Positions 1 through 12,765 of a stretch of 64,000 nucleotides of DNA are shown here, in pieces (the first letter of the stretch is position 1; every line of letters starts with the position of its first letter). Where the stretch lies: positions 51,584,987 through 51,648,986 of the forward strand of contig NC_068982.1 in assembly GCF_001194135.2 (NCBI RefSeq), read 5' to 3'. The stretch comes from Octopus bimaculoides. Its lineage: Eukaryota. A model generated the notes under the pieces. That model did no database searches. It had not been told where the DNA came from and saw only the letters and a list, made by a program, of their open reading frames with translations. The translations under genes were made by a program, and so were the position numbers.

Positions 1-329
1 TTTCGTATGTGGGATGATCTGTCTTGTAAAAACATACTTCATTCACAATGTGTGACCTAATTAAGTGTCTGTGTGACCAAATTGATAACTAATTGGTATA
101 ATTTCAATTTAGAGGAAATAATGACTGTCAGATCACCTCATAAGTAATGTTTGTTTTCATTTTCAATAGCAATATACATTTGTAAACTTTGTATGTAGTT
201 GTACTGATAAAGGTTCCTGCTATATTTTCTAATTCATATTATCTTCAATCATTCATTGGATGGATGAAGATAATTTACATAATTAAGAAAGAACAAAAAC
301 TTATAAATTATATCTGAGAACGAGTAAGA

Positions 330-530
330 TTTACATAGAATACATTGAGCCAATGAAAGAGCCTCTTCTGGATTGCTTTCTCTGCTTGCAACATCAGCCA
401 AACCTCTTGCAAATTATATTCTACTATGTTAAAGAAGGGTCTTAGACAATATAATGCCTAATGTACAAGGAAGATGGGCTGGTCATGGTTGGAAAGCCAT
501 TGATCAATTGACCTGGGGATAAACAACAAA
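330..530 (+). repeat. Unclassified interspersed repeat ending in a (CAA)n-like tail
   Basis: The motifs gctagaaatagcagccaaatc, gatgggatggtcatggctggaa and gacctggggctaaacaacaa recur in degenerate form at ~5690-5825, 10540-10625 (-), 15355-15430 (-), 16000-16225, 31420-31600 (-), 32480-32620 and 60860-60970. Confidence 0.6.
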
Positions 531-939
531 TACCTTTGTTATTGATTTACTATTGGGGAATGGGTTGTTGTCTTGGACTTTATAAATTTTCCAAGACTGA
601 TAAAACTATAGTTATTCCTTTGAATAGTCTTAGCTCTTTTTATGCATACAAAGTCTTAATAAGTATTTATTAAAGGACATGAATGCTCAAAAGTGAAATT
701 TCTTTTCTCCTCATGACAAAAATATTTCTTTCAGTTACAATGCTTCTCCTAAAAGATTTCCTTTTTTAAGAACTTTGGGACTAGTTTGAATTAGGACAGA
801 TGTTGGCAGTTTGAGTGCCCACAGCCCTTGGGGATGCAAGATGGCATTTCAGGGAGTACAATAAAGAGGGGAAGAATGTATTATTAAAATTGCTTTTCAG
901 AATAAAATTATTAGCTTAAAAGAAAATTATTATTCTATA

Positions 940-1160
940 GGCACAGGCATGGCTGTGAGGTTAAGAACTTCACTTTGCAACCACATGGCTTCAGGTTCAA
1001 TCCCATTGTGTGGCATCTTGGACTAGTGTTTCCTATTATAGCTCTGGATGATCCAATGCTTTGAGAGTGAATTTGGTTGACAGAAATTGTGTGATAGCTC
1101 ATTGTGTGTGTGTGTGTGTGTGTAAATATATATATATATATATATATATANNNNNNNNNN

Positions 1161-1198
<38 letters not shown>

Positions 1199-1395
1199 TA
1201 TACATTTGTGTATGTGTCATTGTGTTTGTTTTGGTCCCTTCCCCCACTGCTCAACAACTGGTGTTGGTTTGTTTACATTCCTGTAATTTAGCAGTTTGAC
1301 AAGAGAACCAATAGAATAAATACTGGGGTAGATTTGTTCAACTGAACCCTTGAAGATGGTGCTCCAGCATGGCCACAGTTCAATGACTGAAAAAA
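940..1395 (+). mobile_element. tRNA-derived SINE, dominant family (tRNA head + CORE-like box + TG/TA microsatellite + 3' module)
   Basis: Aligns by eye with the young copies at 21931-22333 and 28504-28894; contains a 10-N gap inside the (TA)n tract. Confidence 0.75.
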
Positions 1396-1920
1396 AAAAC
1401 AACCCTAAAAGCTAAAGCTATGTTCATGAAGAGCTTTATTATTTAACGTATGTAGATTTAACCCTCAAGGAATTATGACCTAGAACTGTGACTTCATTCC
1501 ATTTGCAATGGCATACTTGTGGGAATCTGGGTTCAGTTCTCTTCTTTCAATCAAGACAAAACCTAGGAATTGTCTGAATCCACATACAGGTCTGCAGGTT
1601 GCAGTCTGCAAGGAAGTTCCAGCTTTTGATAAAGCTGGGAATTAGAGGCAGAAACAAAGAAGTTCTTGAATTTTATGTTTAGATTTTGTAATTGATAATA
1701 CAGTTTAGTTTTCTTTTCCCTAATTGCTTAATTTACATTAGAATTTTTATGCACATATCTAAAAGTTTATTGTTTTTAGTTCAGTTTGTTTACTCACAGA
1801 ATTATATTTGGTTTAATTTTCAAAATGAAATTAATTATTACAAAGTTGACTTTTCATATGTAGTATTGCCACTGTATGGACAGCAAAGATTAAATGAAAC
1901 ATTTCCTAGGAGTACTGGAC

Positions 1921-2560
1921 ATACAGAAGGTATGGCAGTGTGATTAAGAAGCTTGATTTGCAACCTCATGGTTTCAGGTTCAATTCTATTGTGCAACACT
2001 TTGCACAAGTGTCTTCTACTGTATCACCAAGCCAACTGGGTTGACAGAAATTGCATGGAAACATTGTGTGCATGCCTATATACAAGATGGTCCTGAAAAG
2101 TTCCTGGTTTTGGGTTTAAAAAAATACAGGAGAATCAGTTAATTATGATTTTATTCAACATATTCCACTCTGAGATTCACACTTATTGCAGTGGTCCTTC
2201 AGTTTTTCTAAGCCCTGTAAAAGAACTCAAGGTTGGGCCTCCAGTCAGGTCTTTCACAATACTCTTAAAGCCAGGAACTTTTCAACACCCCCTCAAATAT
2301 ATGTTGTGTGTGTCTTTGTGTCTGTTTGACCTTCTCCCACTGCTTGACAACCTGCTTTCTTTTGTTTACATTCTTGTAATTGTTTACATCCTGTAATCAT
2401 TTACATCCTTGTGACCTAGAGGCTTAGCAGTAAAAGAAGGATAGAGTGACACACTTAAAAAATATGTACTTGAATTGATTTGTTTGACTAAAAACCCTTC
2501 AAGGCAATGTCCCAGCATGGCTGCAATCCAATGACTAAAACAAGTAAATGATAAAAGATG
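1921..2560 (+). mobile_element. tRNA-derived SINE, dominant family, interrupted by a mariner-derived element
   Basis: Head (ggtttcaggttcaattctattgtgcaacactttgcacaagtgtcttctact) and 3' module (cccagcatggctgcaatccaatgactaaaacaagtaaa) flank the 2083-2296 insert. Confidence 0.7.
2083..2296 (-). mobile_element. mariner-derived non-autonomous element (MITE)
   Basis: Imperfect inverted ends (gaaaagttcctggttt / aaagccaggaacttttc), TA on the left flank. The minus strand carries a decayed mariner-type C-terminus ending ...gaatatgttgaataa (EYVE*). Confidence 0.7.
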
Positions 2561-3099
2561 AATGACAGTGTTAGAATCTGCTTCAGTAGTGCACTCAAGT
2601 AAAAACACACCAATACTTAGTATTGCTATTGAAGTATAGCTGACATTATTGGAGGTACATTGTAAGTTATGTAATACTTTTAAATTCTGAGCATTAGAGT
2701 AAAATTTAAGCAAATATGTAACAGCTGGGTTTATTAATGCTCAAGTTTGTTTTTTTTTTTTTTTTTTCATTCACTTCAATTTCATAAAATCTAAACTAGT
2801 AGCCATGTGCTCAACAATTTTTGCATACATGCTAGAATAAGTTAAGTAATTTTTTTTTTTTTTTGCATATGATTTATTTATCTTTGTGTGTAGATCCTAA
2901 TATTGTAATGAGATTTAGCCCCTTCTCCTTAATTCCTGGTACTCTGCTTCAGCTTGCAGTCATTTTCTCACCTAACATGCATCTTCCATTATTGCTAATA
3001 CATACCCCATTTTAGTACAGTTGTTTGTATACATAAAATTTCTAATGCACCAGAAGCCTGTGATGTACTTAGTCTGGGCACTGATTTCATGTTTTACAG

Positions 3100-4029
3100 C
3101 ATCATCATCATCATCATCATCATCGTTTAACGTCCGCTTTCCATGCTAGCATGGGTTGGACGATTTGACTGAGGACTGGTGAAACCGGATGGCAACACAA
3201 GGCTCCAATCTAAATTTGGCAGAGTTTCTACAGCTGGATGCCCTTCCTAACACCAACCACTCAGAGAGTGTAGTAGGTGCTTTTACGTGTCACCTGCACG
3301 AAGGCCAGTCAGGCGATACTGGCAACGGCCACGCTCGAAATGGTGTCTTTTATGTGCCACCCGCACAAGCCAGTCCAGGGGCACTGGCAACGATCTCGCT
3401 CGAAAATCCNNNNNNNNNNNNNNNNNNNNNNNNNNNNNNNNNNNNNNNNNNNNNNNNNNNNNNNNNNNNNNNNNNNNNNNNNNNNNNNNNNNNNNNNNNN
3501 NNNNNNNNNNNNNNNNNNNNNNNNNNNNNNNNNNNNNNNNNNNNNNNNNNNNNNNNNNNNNNNNNNNNNNNNNNNNNNNNNNNNNNNNNNNNNNNNNNNN
3601 NNNNNNNNNNNNNNNNNNNNNNNNNNNNNNNNNNNNNNNNNNNNNNNNNNNNNNNNNNNNNNNNNNNNNNNNNNNNNNNNNNNNNNNNNNNNNNNNNNNN
3701 NNNNNNNNNNNNNNNNNNNNNNNACATTTCCAAAGGTCTCGGTCAGTAGTCATCGCCTCGGTGAGGCCCAATGTACGAAGGTCTTGCCTCACCACCTCAG
3801 CCCAGGTCTTCCTGGGCCTACCTCTTCCACGGGTTCCCTCATCTGTTAGGGTGTGGCATTTTTTCAGGCAGCTATCCTCATCCATTCTCACCACATGTCC
3901 ATACCAGCGCAATCGTCTCTCTTGCACACCACAACTGATGCTTCTAATGTTCAGCTTTTCTCTCAAGATACTTACACTCTGACGGGTATTCACATTGACA
4001 TTACACATCCAACGGAGCATACTGGCTTC
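3100..4029 (-). mobile_element. 5'-truncated RTE-clade LINE (ORF2 C-terminus + 3' UTR + (GAT)n tail), spans a 314-N gap
   Basis: Translates to MLRWMCNV...RRLRWYGHVVRMDEDSCLKKC...GRGRPRKTWAEVVRQDLRTLGLTEAMTTDRDLWK, a typical RTE ORF2 end; (CAT)n on + at 3100-3123. Confidence 0.93.
3410..3723. other. Assembly gap (314 N); 10-N gaps at 1151-1160, 10165-10174, 21122-21131 and 42104-42113
   Basis: N runs; three of the 10-N gaps have the same sequence repeated on both sides. Confidence 0.99.
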
Positions 4030-5461
4030 TTACACCTTAGAATTAATTCTCAGTTTATCACTCCCCAGTTTTTATCACATATGTTTAACTATTATTCCAT
4101 GTATATACATCCTTTTTATGCAGGGAGAATGGTTTTATCATTAGGAATATTAATTAGTGTTGAATCTCTCTTCAGGTATAATTCATTTAAGAAATTAGCT
4201 ACAACTATCAAAGGTTCATTAGAAAATGCCATTATTACAGTCAGAACTCAGTTATCCAAACATCAAGTTTTTGGATTACCAAAACAAGATCTCAAAATCT
4301 TATGAATATTTAATTAGTCATACTGTGTAACACTAGAGAGTAATACTGACGTTGCCATTTCATCTTTTGTTTACAATGATTAAAAGTGAATTCAAATAAC
4401 TGAAGAAAATATGAAAATTTACATCAAAAATGTGCTAATGACACAGTTGCAATGACTGTCTTTTATTTCGCTATCATTAGTACTACATTTGAATTGGTCT
4501 ATTAATTTGATGCCATCTGGTCTTCTTAATCTGTATCAAAATAGTTTTGACAAAAAGAAAAATGAGAATACTTGCTGAAGGGTTTGAAAATGCAGCAAAA
4601 TTAGTAGTGTCTGCATTTGCTTATGATTTTGTTCCAAGTACATATCTATCACAAGTAATTGAGTTTGTTGCTGTTACCATATCTAAGAAGAGGAACCAAA
4701 CACTATCACTAGCCAAACAGAAAAGTAAGACTTTACAGCTTTTGGATCATAGTGAAAAGGCATGACAGATTGCACAAGAATACAACATTGTAAAACTAAT
4801 AAAAGCTAACTAATTATGTTTATTCATTGTAACTTCTTTTCATTATGATCCAATCAATTATCTGAACAGTTAACTGAACAAAATGCTCCCAGCCTGTCTC
4901 ATTTTGAAAATCGAGGTCGAACTGTACTTAGCAATACTATCAAATCAATTTATTTAGAACATTTAACCTTTTTCATACCAACCTGCTTGGTTTCAGGCAA
5001 GTTGGTGTGTAAAAAGTAGGCATGTTCACTGGTTTAAACCATACCATTATAAAATATACATATTTAAATTAAATATACATATCTAAATTTAATTTTATGT
5101 GAGAACCTGGAGTTATTTTCTAAATACACAGCTTTAATAATAAAAAAAAAAACTTTCAACTGTTTAGAATTCTTGATAATTCTTAATATTAGAAGAAAAA
5201 TATTGATGGGATATTTTAATAGAAATGTAATGAAAGGGTTCAAATATGTATTTTCTATTTTCTATTCTACCACAGAAATACTTCTAATATGACTTTTAGT
5301 CCTGTCGATACTCTCATATACAGCATTATTTGTTTTCACATTTTGTTCAAGCACTGTTCATTATCCATCAAAGTGAAGAACATAGGATTCTGTATTGAAC
5401 AAAAACATCTGACAAAATGAAACTACTTTTTCTGTATGAACCAACAGGGGAGTTTATAGGC

Positions 5462-5679
5462 CAGTGGTTCTCAACCAGAGTCCATATGGCCTTTGAGGGT
5501 CCATATATGTTTTGTTAAAATTTTGTGCAATAAATTGCTAATTTTTTTTATACAATTCCTAATATTTGATTATAGAAATACAGTAGTATTTTTTTTATGT
5601 ACATTGAATGACTGGGAGTCCAGGAGAATAAAATAGGAATCAAAGGAGTCTATAAGTAAAAAATGGTTGAGAACCACTG
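5462..5679. mobile_element. hAT-type MITE
   Basis: Perfect 15-bp TIR cagtggttctcaacc / ggttgagaaccactg; 8-bp target duplication ttataggc / ttctaggc (7/8). Confidence 0.88.
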
Positions 5680-6339
5680 TTCTAGGCAGTCACATGATTT
5701 ACTAGAAATAACTGCCAAATCTCACACAAATCACCATCTTAATACATTGGACAATGTAGTCCCTGACACATAAAAAAAGACAGAATAGTCTGCATGACCA
5801 GGCCTGACCTTGAGCTAAACAACTATTACAGAAAGGATATTTTATCTTTGTTACTACTACATCCTAACACTAACGTAATTATTTGGTTCAGATCAACATC
5901 TGTTGTTGTTTTTGTTTTTTTTTACTCACTTTATTCTAATTGTACCACTTTTATTACTCTTAACAACTAGAAAATATTATCATTAATAATCCTCCATACT
6001 AAATGAAAAACCCTGTTATTATATCTGCTTGCTACACTACTTGAGTTTTAGTGTACTTTGGGCAGTTGGTGATTCCTTACCCATATATAACTTGCTGTTG
6101 CATAATGTGTACCTACTCTTAGAGGTATGTATACTTGTATATGGTTTGTATATTTGTACACAGCTCAGTTGCGATGCATGAATATAAAAAATAGCACCCA
6201 TTTCTTCACGGGTGTAGTTTCAAATTATGGACCTCAGGGTTTTAGACCCACCATGTCACTGTGCCACTCTGCTCAGCAAGTGATTAAACAAATATATACT
6301 GTATTATTTCTTACATGACAGGGGATCTAGACTCCTGGT

Positions 6340-6632
6340 GGTTTGCTGTGCATGAAAAGACGTGTCACGTAAAAGCATGGTTGCCCTTGCATACAGGCTC
6401 ATCCCAGCTCAGCATGCCTAATCTTCTGCTCTCATAGTACCCATGCTGGTGCTGCATAAAAGCACCCGGTACACTCTGTAAAGTGGTTAACATTAGGAAG
6501 GGCATCCAGCCATAGAAATCATGCCAAAACAGAATTGAAGCCTGAACAGCCCTTCAGCTAGTCAGCTTCTGTCAAGTTGTCCAACCCATGCCAGCATGGA
6601 AAATGGACGTTAAATGTTGAGGATGATAATGA
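6340..6632 (+). mobile_element. RTE-type 3' end / RTE-tailed repeat fragment
   Basis: aaaagcacccggtacactctgtaaagtggttaacattaggaagggcatccagcc...ccaacccatgccagcatggaaaatggacgttaaatg matches the RTE 3' terminus at 21290-21466. Confidence 0.75.
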
Positions 6633-6804
6633 TTTCTAAAAGCTCATTTTTCTTTGCTTTAGTTGAATTTATCCTTGTATGTTCTGTGACATTTTCATAG
6701 CTTTTATAAATAATTTTCCATTATGACTCCATTTATCCTACCACTGATATAATTCTGAATATCCCATGAATCTTTTTCTCCTGAGATAAGACCTAAAATA
6801 TCAG

Positions 6805-7000
6805 TTAATGTCCACTTTTCCATGCTTGCATGGACCTGACAAATGCCTTTCCTATCACCAGCTCTCATCTGTTTCCAGGTAAGATAATATTTTCCCCTTA
6901 ACTAGACATGTTTTTCAAAGGAGATTGGAAATGAACAATGTTGCTTGTATGACAATGATGCTCATTTACAACCATCATGTACACACATACATGAGCATGT
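6805..7000 (-). mobile_element. RTE-tailed SINE fragment
   Basis: taatgtccacttttccatgcttgcatgg...catctgtttcc...gacatgttttt; same module as 38390-38592 (+) and 51185-51430 (-). Confidence 0.6.
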
Positions 7001-10000
7001 GTGACAGACTATTTAGAGAATAACATGCTAGGGTGAGATGCTTTCATTTAGTACTTCTCTGAATCCCATGGTATCTTTGGGTCTAATATTTATATCTTAC
7101 TAAGAAATAGGGCTCACCAATAACAGATGGTTCTAAAATTTATGCAAACACCTGCATATAAGATGCTGGAAAATAAAATTCTGATATTGTGGCAATCATT
7201 TTTGTGGCAACTTAAATCTGTCTCACTCTATATAACATCATTTTAGAGGAGATAATTTCTCAGTCATTCATTTGCCTCCTTTCTGATAATGAGTGTCTCA
7301 CATATTTCATGCTTGAGTGTTTCACAACAGGAAAGTCTCCAGTTGTAGAATTTTTCCACCGATAATTGTTCGGATATATAAAACCTATTTAAGCTTTGCT
7401 GGTAGTTAAACAAAAAGAAAAAAAAAATGCATGCAACAGTTTTTTAAAAATAATATTAAAGCAGATATTGTTTCATTGAAACTTGAATTTGCTTCTCGAA
7501 CATAAAGCACCATTATTAAATTATACAGAAACCTTTGGTAAACATTTAAAAATAACTAAGTATTTAATTGAGCATGAAAATCTTTTAAAGGCAATATAAA
7601 GAAAATACAGCTGAATCTGAGAAAAACAGACTGAGATAATTGTTTATAAAGAAAGTATATACATAAAATAGATATATACACTATAAAGATAACTGATTTT
7701 TTTTGCAAATTTAAGTGTTGTTTCTATGTTGTTATGTCATTTCATTGAAATTATCAAAGTGCTAAAATAAGCAAAAGATATTTTATTAAGTTACCCCTTT
7801 TATTTTCACATTAATACACCCAAAGACTGAATTTTATTTGCTTTACTCAAGAAAATAGTTTAAAAGGTCTTTATATCACCAAATATTCTATCACTGCTTT
7901 CATCCTTTTCCTTTTACTTTCTCTTTGATTTTGAATATTTTTGAACATTTATTAAATGCTATTCTATGTTCTTTTGGATAAGGAAGTGTCTGCATTGATA
8001 GTTGCTTCCTGGTGGTATTGATAAGAGAGTAAGAACTACAGCTTCTAGGCAATGAAAAAGTAATGCTTCAACTGTAAGCATAGACATTTGCATACAATCT
8101 GCTTTTGATTCAAGCACAAACTGTACCATATCCAACACTGTTATCAGTTCTATTCATAATCTTTTGTAAGGCAACTTCCATGCTAATATTAATTCAACTT
8201 AACTAGGGTTGTTGGTTAAAATGTTTAATTTTTTATGTCCAAACTGGCACCAAATAGTATTTGACTTGGCGAATGCTTGTTGATGGGCATTTGATAACTT
8301 GAAAGCCAAGTATGAAACTAAAACAGTCTACATTATTAGATTACTTTTTTTAATCATAAATCTTTTGGAATCCTTTTGTTTTTCCCACATGTTTTTATTT
8401 AAAACCCCATGATCTTCAGTAGCTAGAAAATAATGATCATAGATGTTAATGTTTACCTGCAGGTCATCTCTGACTAAGCAAATCAATGGCATTCCAATCA
8501 TGACCATCCTATTTTTTTTTTTTTTTGTATATCATTATTCAATGGAGTCTTGTTAAAGATGGTGGGCTTTGTTCAATTTAATGCTTTGGTTGATATTTGT
8601 CAGTTGCTTTTGTTTTCTGGTTGTTAATCTACTTGCTTTAACATATGAGATACCACTGGTCAAATAAGCTGAGGCCTCCCACCTTTACTTAAACCTAGTT
8701 GCACCTATCTGCTCTTATCGTCCCTGCTATGTTCTTTCTCTCAAATCCTACACTAAACATCTTTCCCTATCATCTCTTCTCAGAACCACAGCCCTCTGAA
8801 ATCCATTCTCTGCTAATTTTTCCTTCCTTGGTTATCATCCTCTAGAAATTGAAGCTAAATGTCAATCATATCAATTGAGAGAGTTCATGCAATGGTTATG
8901 AGTAGCACTCTTCTTTTCACTCAAAAAATTTTTTTTTAATTGAATGCCTGATAATAAATAAGAAATAATTTATTTTTGTTATGATTTTAAGTTTCTCTAA
9001 TAAATTTCCAAAATTTATATATTTCTTTTAAAATAAATGAAGTTGGTTTTCATAATTTTTTAATGTTAATAATATAAAAAGAACAACTATGGCTTGTTGT
9101 TCATTTTCTTTTTGTGAATGTGTTTTGGTTTGAGTCACTTAGCACAGTAACCGCATCAATATTTGTATGTCTTTTAAATTTTATAAACAGCCAGCCATAA
9201 ATTTAAAAGTAATTAAAACAATTTATTTTCCACTTCACTGAGTTAAATGAAGTGAAATCTTAGTAGCAAACTTGCATAAAATTAACTTTTTTGTCCATGT
9301 TAGTTTTGCACCGACATTCCTTTAAGTCGATTTTATGCATAAATGCAGACTTCCTTCAGTGCATCGAGGAAAAAAGGTCTGGGATTAATTAAGATTAGTA
9401 GGTTTTTATGTAAAGACTCTTCTGACTTTCAACTAAAAGACAGTGGGTATAAATAGGTGTTTGTGAGGTAAAGGGTGCATAAATATCATTCTTTCTTAAG
9501 TAGTTTCTTGAAATTCTTGTAATGTTTTACTCTGAGATGTCAGTCTAGTCTTTAAATAAGGATTTTGTTTGGAGCTGAGGAATTAACTTCAATCACTACA
9601 AAAGTTGAATGCTTAAATCACTTGATCCCCATGCTAACAAGTTTTTGGTGATAGTGGTAGTGACGATGATGATGATAATAATAATAATACAGTGCATCTG
9701 AGAGGAATACTTCCAATGTTCTTTGATGTGTCATAGAACTGACATGAACAACATAGCTAACTTTAATACAATATTGAACACTTGTCAAATATTGCATTGA
9801 TAAAGAAGAAAGAAATCTTGATATGAAGCAATTTGTATGCTATAACCATATTGTAATATGAGATATCAAGAACTGAAAGAACAATTTTTGTTTGAAGGAA
9901 GCTACATCACAAACCAATGCATTTAAACTACTTAAGACCAAACTAAGGCTGTGAAATACAAGAGTAATATCTGTGAAACAAAAACTATAGCAAAACAAAT

Positions 10001-10079
10001 CAATAGATTTTTGTAATCATGCTTGAACAACTTACAATCATAGCAGCACCTTAATGTATCAATAGCGTATTCTGTTTCT

Positions 10080-10497
10080 GTTACTTGTATCAGTCATTAG
10101 ACTGCAGCACCTCCTTAAAAGGCTTTAGTCAAAGAAATCGACCCCCAGGACTTATTCTTTGTAANNNNNNNNNNAGTCAAAGAAATCGACCCCCAGGACT
10201 TATTCTTTGTAAGCCTAGTACTTATTCTATTGGTCTGTTTTTGCCAAACTACTAAGTTACAGGGATGTAAACATACCAACATTGGTTGTCAAGCAATTGT
10301 TGGAGATACACATACACACACATATATATATGCATACGACAATCTTCTTTCAGTTTCCATCTACCAAATCTACTCACAAGGCTTTGGTCAGCCTGAGGCT
10401 ATAATAGAAGACACTAGTCCAAGGTGTCATGCAGTGGGACTGAACCTGGAACCATGTGGTTGGGAAGCAAGCTTCTTACCACACAGCCATGCCTGCA
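10080..10497 (-). mobile_element. tRNA-derived SINE, dominant family
   Basis: Full module order in reverse, ending cttcttaccacacagccatgcctgcacc; 10-N gap with duplicated flanks at 10165-10174. Confidence 0.85.
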
Positions 10498-10637
10498 CCT
10501 AATATTTGTGTTCTTGTTATATAATGGTCCCTTGTTAGTATTTGTTGTTGTTTAACCCCAAATCAACTCTGATTGAGCCAACTTATGTTCAGAAATATTC
10601 CCGTCATAACATTCCCATCCTTTATTAAAGCATTTAA

Positions 10638-10851
10638 CCCTTTTATTGCCACATTCCTGTTGAAACAAACTGCTTTTATCTCAATTAATTGATAAAGAAT
10701 TTGGTAAAATAACGTTGTCATTTTTAAGTTAATATTTGGAACATAAATTAACATGAGATTTTGCTGGAAGGTTTTAATTTAGATCATTTTAAAGTTAGGA
10801 GTGTGTATCATAGAACCGAGGGTAGCCTCAGGCAAGTTGGTATCAAAAGGG
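10638..10851. mobile_element. piggyBac-type MITE, family A
   Basis: TTAA|CCCTTTT...ggtatcaaaaGGG|TTAA: TTAA target duplication with CCC/GGG termini. Related pieces at ~4965-5020 and 50305-50900. Confidence 0.75.
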
Positions 10852-11799
10852 TTAACTCCACATGATTTGATGTATGTTTTGAGGAAGCTTTAACTACTAT
10901 TTCTTGCAACTTGAATGACTGCCATGTGCTCCCCACATTGGTTGAAAATAGTATTAGCTGTTTGTTCAGGCTTAGGAATTAGTAAATATGGTAAATAGCA
11001 AGGCTGCATGCAGGTTGGAGAGGGCTTTTGTTAATGTTTAACTCTGCATGACAGATAATCTTTTTTGTTTCTTCTAACAAGAAGCTAGTGTAAAAGGACA
11101 TAACTAAACATCACACTGTATTTAGACCACCCCCACTCCTATTTCTCTCAAGCCACCATCTTGCTTGGTGTCTATTACATTTTTAATGCTAAAAGAACAC
11201 TTAGCCATTTCAACTCTAAGCACTTTTTAAACTTAGAAATGACCACTACTCCTTGGAGTTGGGTGGATTCATGCCACCACCAGTCAAACATCTCATCCTT
11301 TTCATCACTTCTTTCATCATGCCTTGTGTCAAAACTCCAGGCCTTGCATTAATCCCTATTCTCTGTCCTTCCTTCCTAGTTCATTGACCCTTTGAAGTTT
11401 CCTCCTTGCTCATCTCTTTTCTACTGGCCCAAGAGGAACATTAATCTCACAGTTTAGGAGGGCCTGTAAAGGCCATGGATACAGCTTTTTCTTTCAGACT
11501 GACCAATAAGTAAAAAAAGGGGGCTACCAGGCAGGTCTCATGTCAATTTATTCAGTCTCAGTAGAAGCTTTCTTTGAGTCACTACTCTCCCTCAATCAAT
11601 TATTGCTACTTTTGTTTTCTCAGCTTTATGTTATTTAGGATTACAGTAAGAAATTGATAAAAACTGGTTGATATTTTCCTTTTAGAGGTTCCTTACTGGT
11701 CTGTTATTTTGTAAACATTGTATGGCAAAGATAACAAGGGAGCAGTATGATTGGCAGTATGCTGTTCTTGAAAAGTTGCAGCCAAATCAGCAAAACTAA

Positions 11800-12765
11800 G
11801 TTATGGAAGCACTGTGTGTGTGAGATTGTCTATGCATAACTGTGTTCCTCACTCAATTCCCTCAAGACATCCCCACCACCCATCATTTTTCTCTAACTGC
11901 ATCTTTTCCTTGATACAATTAATCTTTCTCCACTGCCTGGAACCATTTTTCTTGATATCCATCGTCCATTTGTATACTGTCATCCCTACTCACATTTTAC
12001 ATTGATCACCCCACTAAGCTATAAAATAATCTCTCCTCCACCACTAGACATCTCACTCTCCCTGTGTGCTGTGCCTGCCTCTCTCCCCACATACTGGCAA
12101 CCTACCCAATCAGGTATCATCTTTCTCTCTCTCATCCTTCCTCTATTTACTATGTTAATATTGCTATTCTGTTGCTCTTCACCACTACCCCATGTATCTA
12201 CCATCCACTCCTGAACCCTTGTTCTTCATTCATTATATGCATACTCACTCTCTTCACCCATTACTCATCATTCACTCTCCTTTACACTCTTACGACCTCT
12301 ACTCACCCACATTACTAGTTCCTCTGTCCCCATAAACTTTTACTGTCCCTATTCCTTAAGGTCCACCTAGACACCTCATCACCACTATATCTCTGCCCAG
12401 TTCAACCCCAATCATCCTCCACCCACTCTTCTAAAATGTGAGTAACCATGTCACTTCTCTACAGCAAGAAACCTGTTCTGTTCTGGCTCCTGCCCTCACT
12501 CTTGAATCATTCATATCTCCTAGTATAAAGTCACCTCTTTCAAGAGTCAGTTTTGCAAGCTGCATGATAATCTCATTTGGGCTGCTGGCATGAAAAGAGT
12601 ATCCAGTTACATGCTGTAAAGTGGTTGGCATTAGGAAGGGCATTGAGTGTAGAAACCATACCAAAGTAGACAATGGAGCTCAATGCAGTTCTTGTACCCA
12701 TCAGATCCTGTCAAACTGTTCAAGCCATGCCAACATGAAACGTAGATATTAAATGATGATGATTA
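11800..12765 (+). mobile_element. Old RTE-type element: long pyrimidine-rich 3' region plus terminal module
   Basis: C/T-rich degenerate stretch followed by gtaaagtggttggcattaggaagggcat...gccatgccaacatgaaacgtagatattaaatgatgatgat; mirrors the purine-rich minus copies at 18636-19710. Confidence 0.55.

Noticed and set aside
1-60. Frame FRMWDDLSCKNILHSQCVT* resembling the C-type lectin WND..C.......C ending
   Set aside because: Only 19 codons at the window edge, lacks the usual aromatic/hydrophobic residues before the last Cys, and upstream context is not visible.
1023-1291. ORFs rich in YI/HT/CV repeats (also 35482, 54761, 57372-57681, 60046-60464)
   Set aside because: Translations of microsatellites or N gaps.
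3189-4305. Several long + strand ORFs
   Set aside because: Antisense or alternative frames of the RTE copy, lengthened by the N gap.
4547-4765. 72-aa ORF MTKRKMRILAEGFENAAKLV...
   Set aside because: TTG start, weak acceptor, no recognisable motif.
9690-10020. Purine-rich stretch that looks like decayed coding sequence (also 8000-8330 and 34860-35060)
   Set aside because: Frequent stops in all frames and no motif I can name.
10127-10212. Direct duplications flanking 10-N gaps (also 21102-21151 and 42050-42165)
   Set aside because: Typical unmerged contig overlaps; assembly artefacts, not biology.
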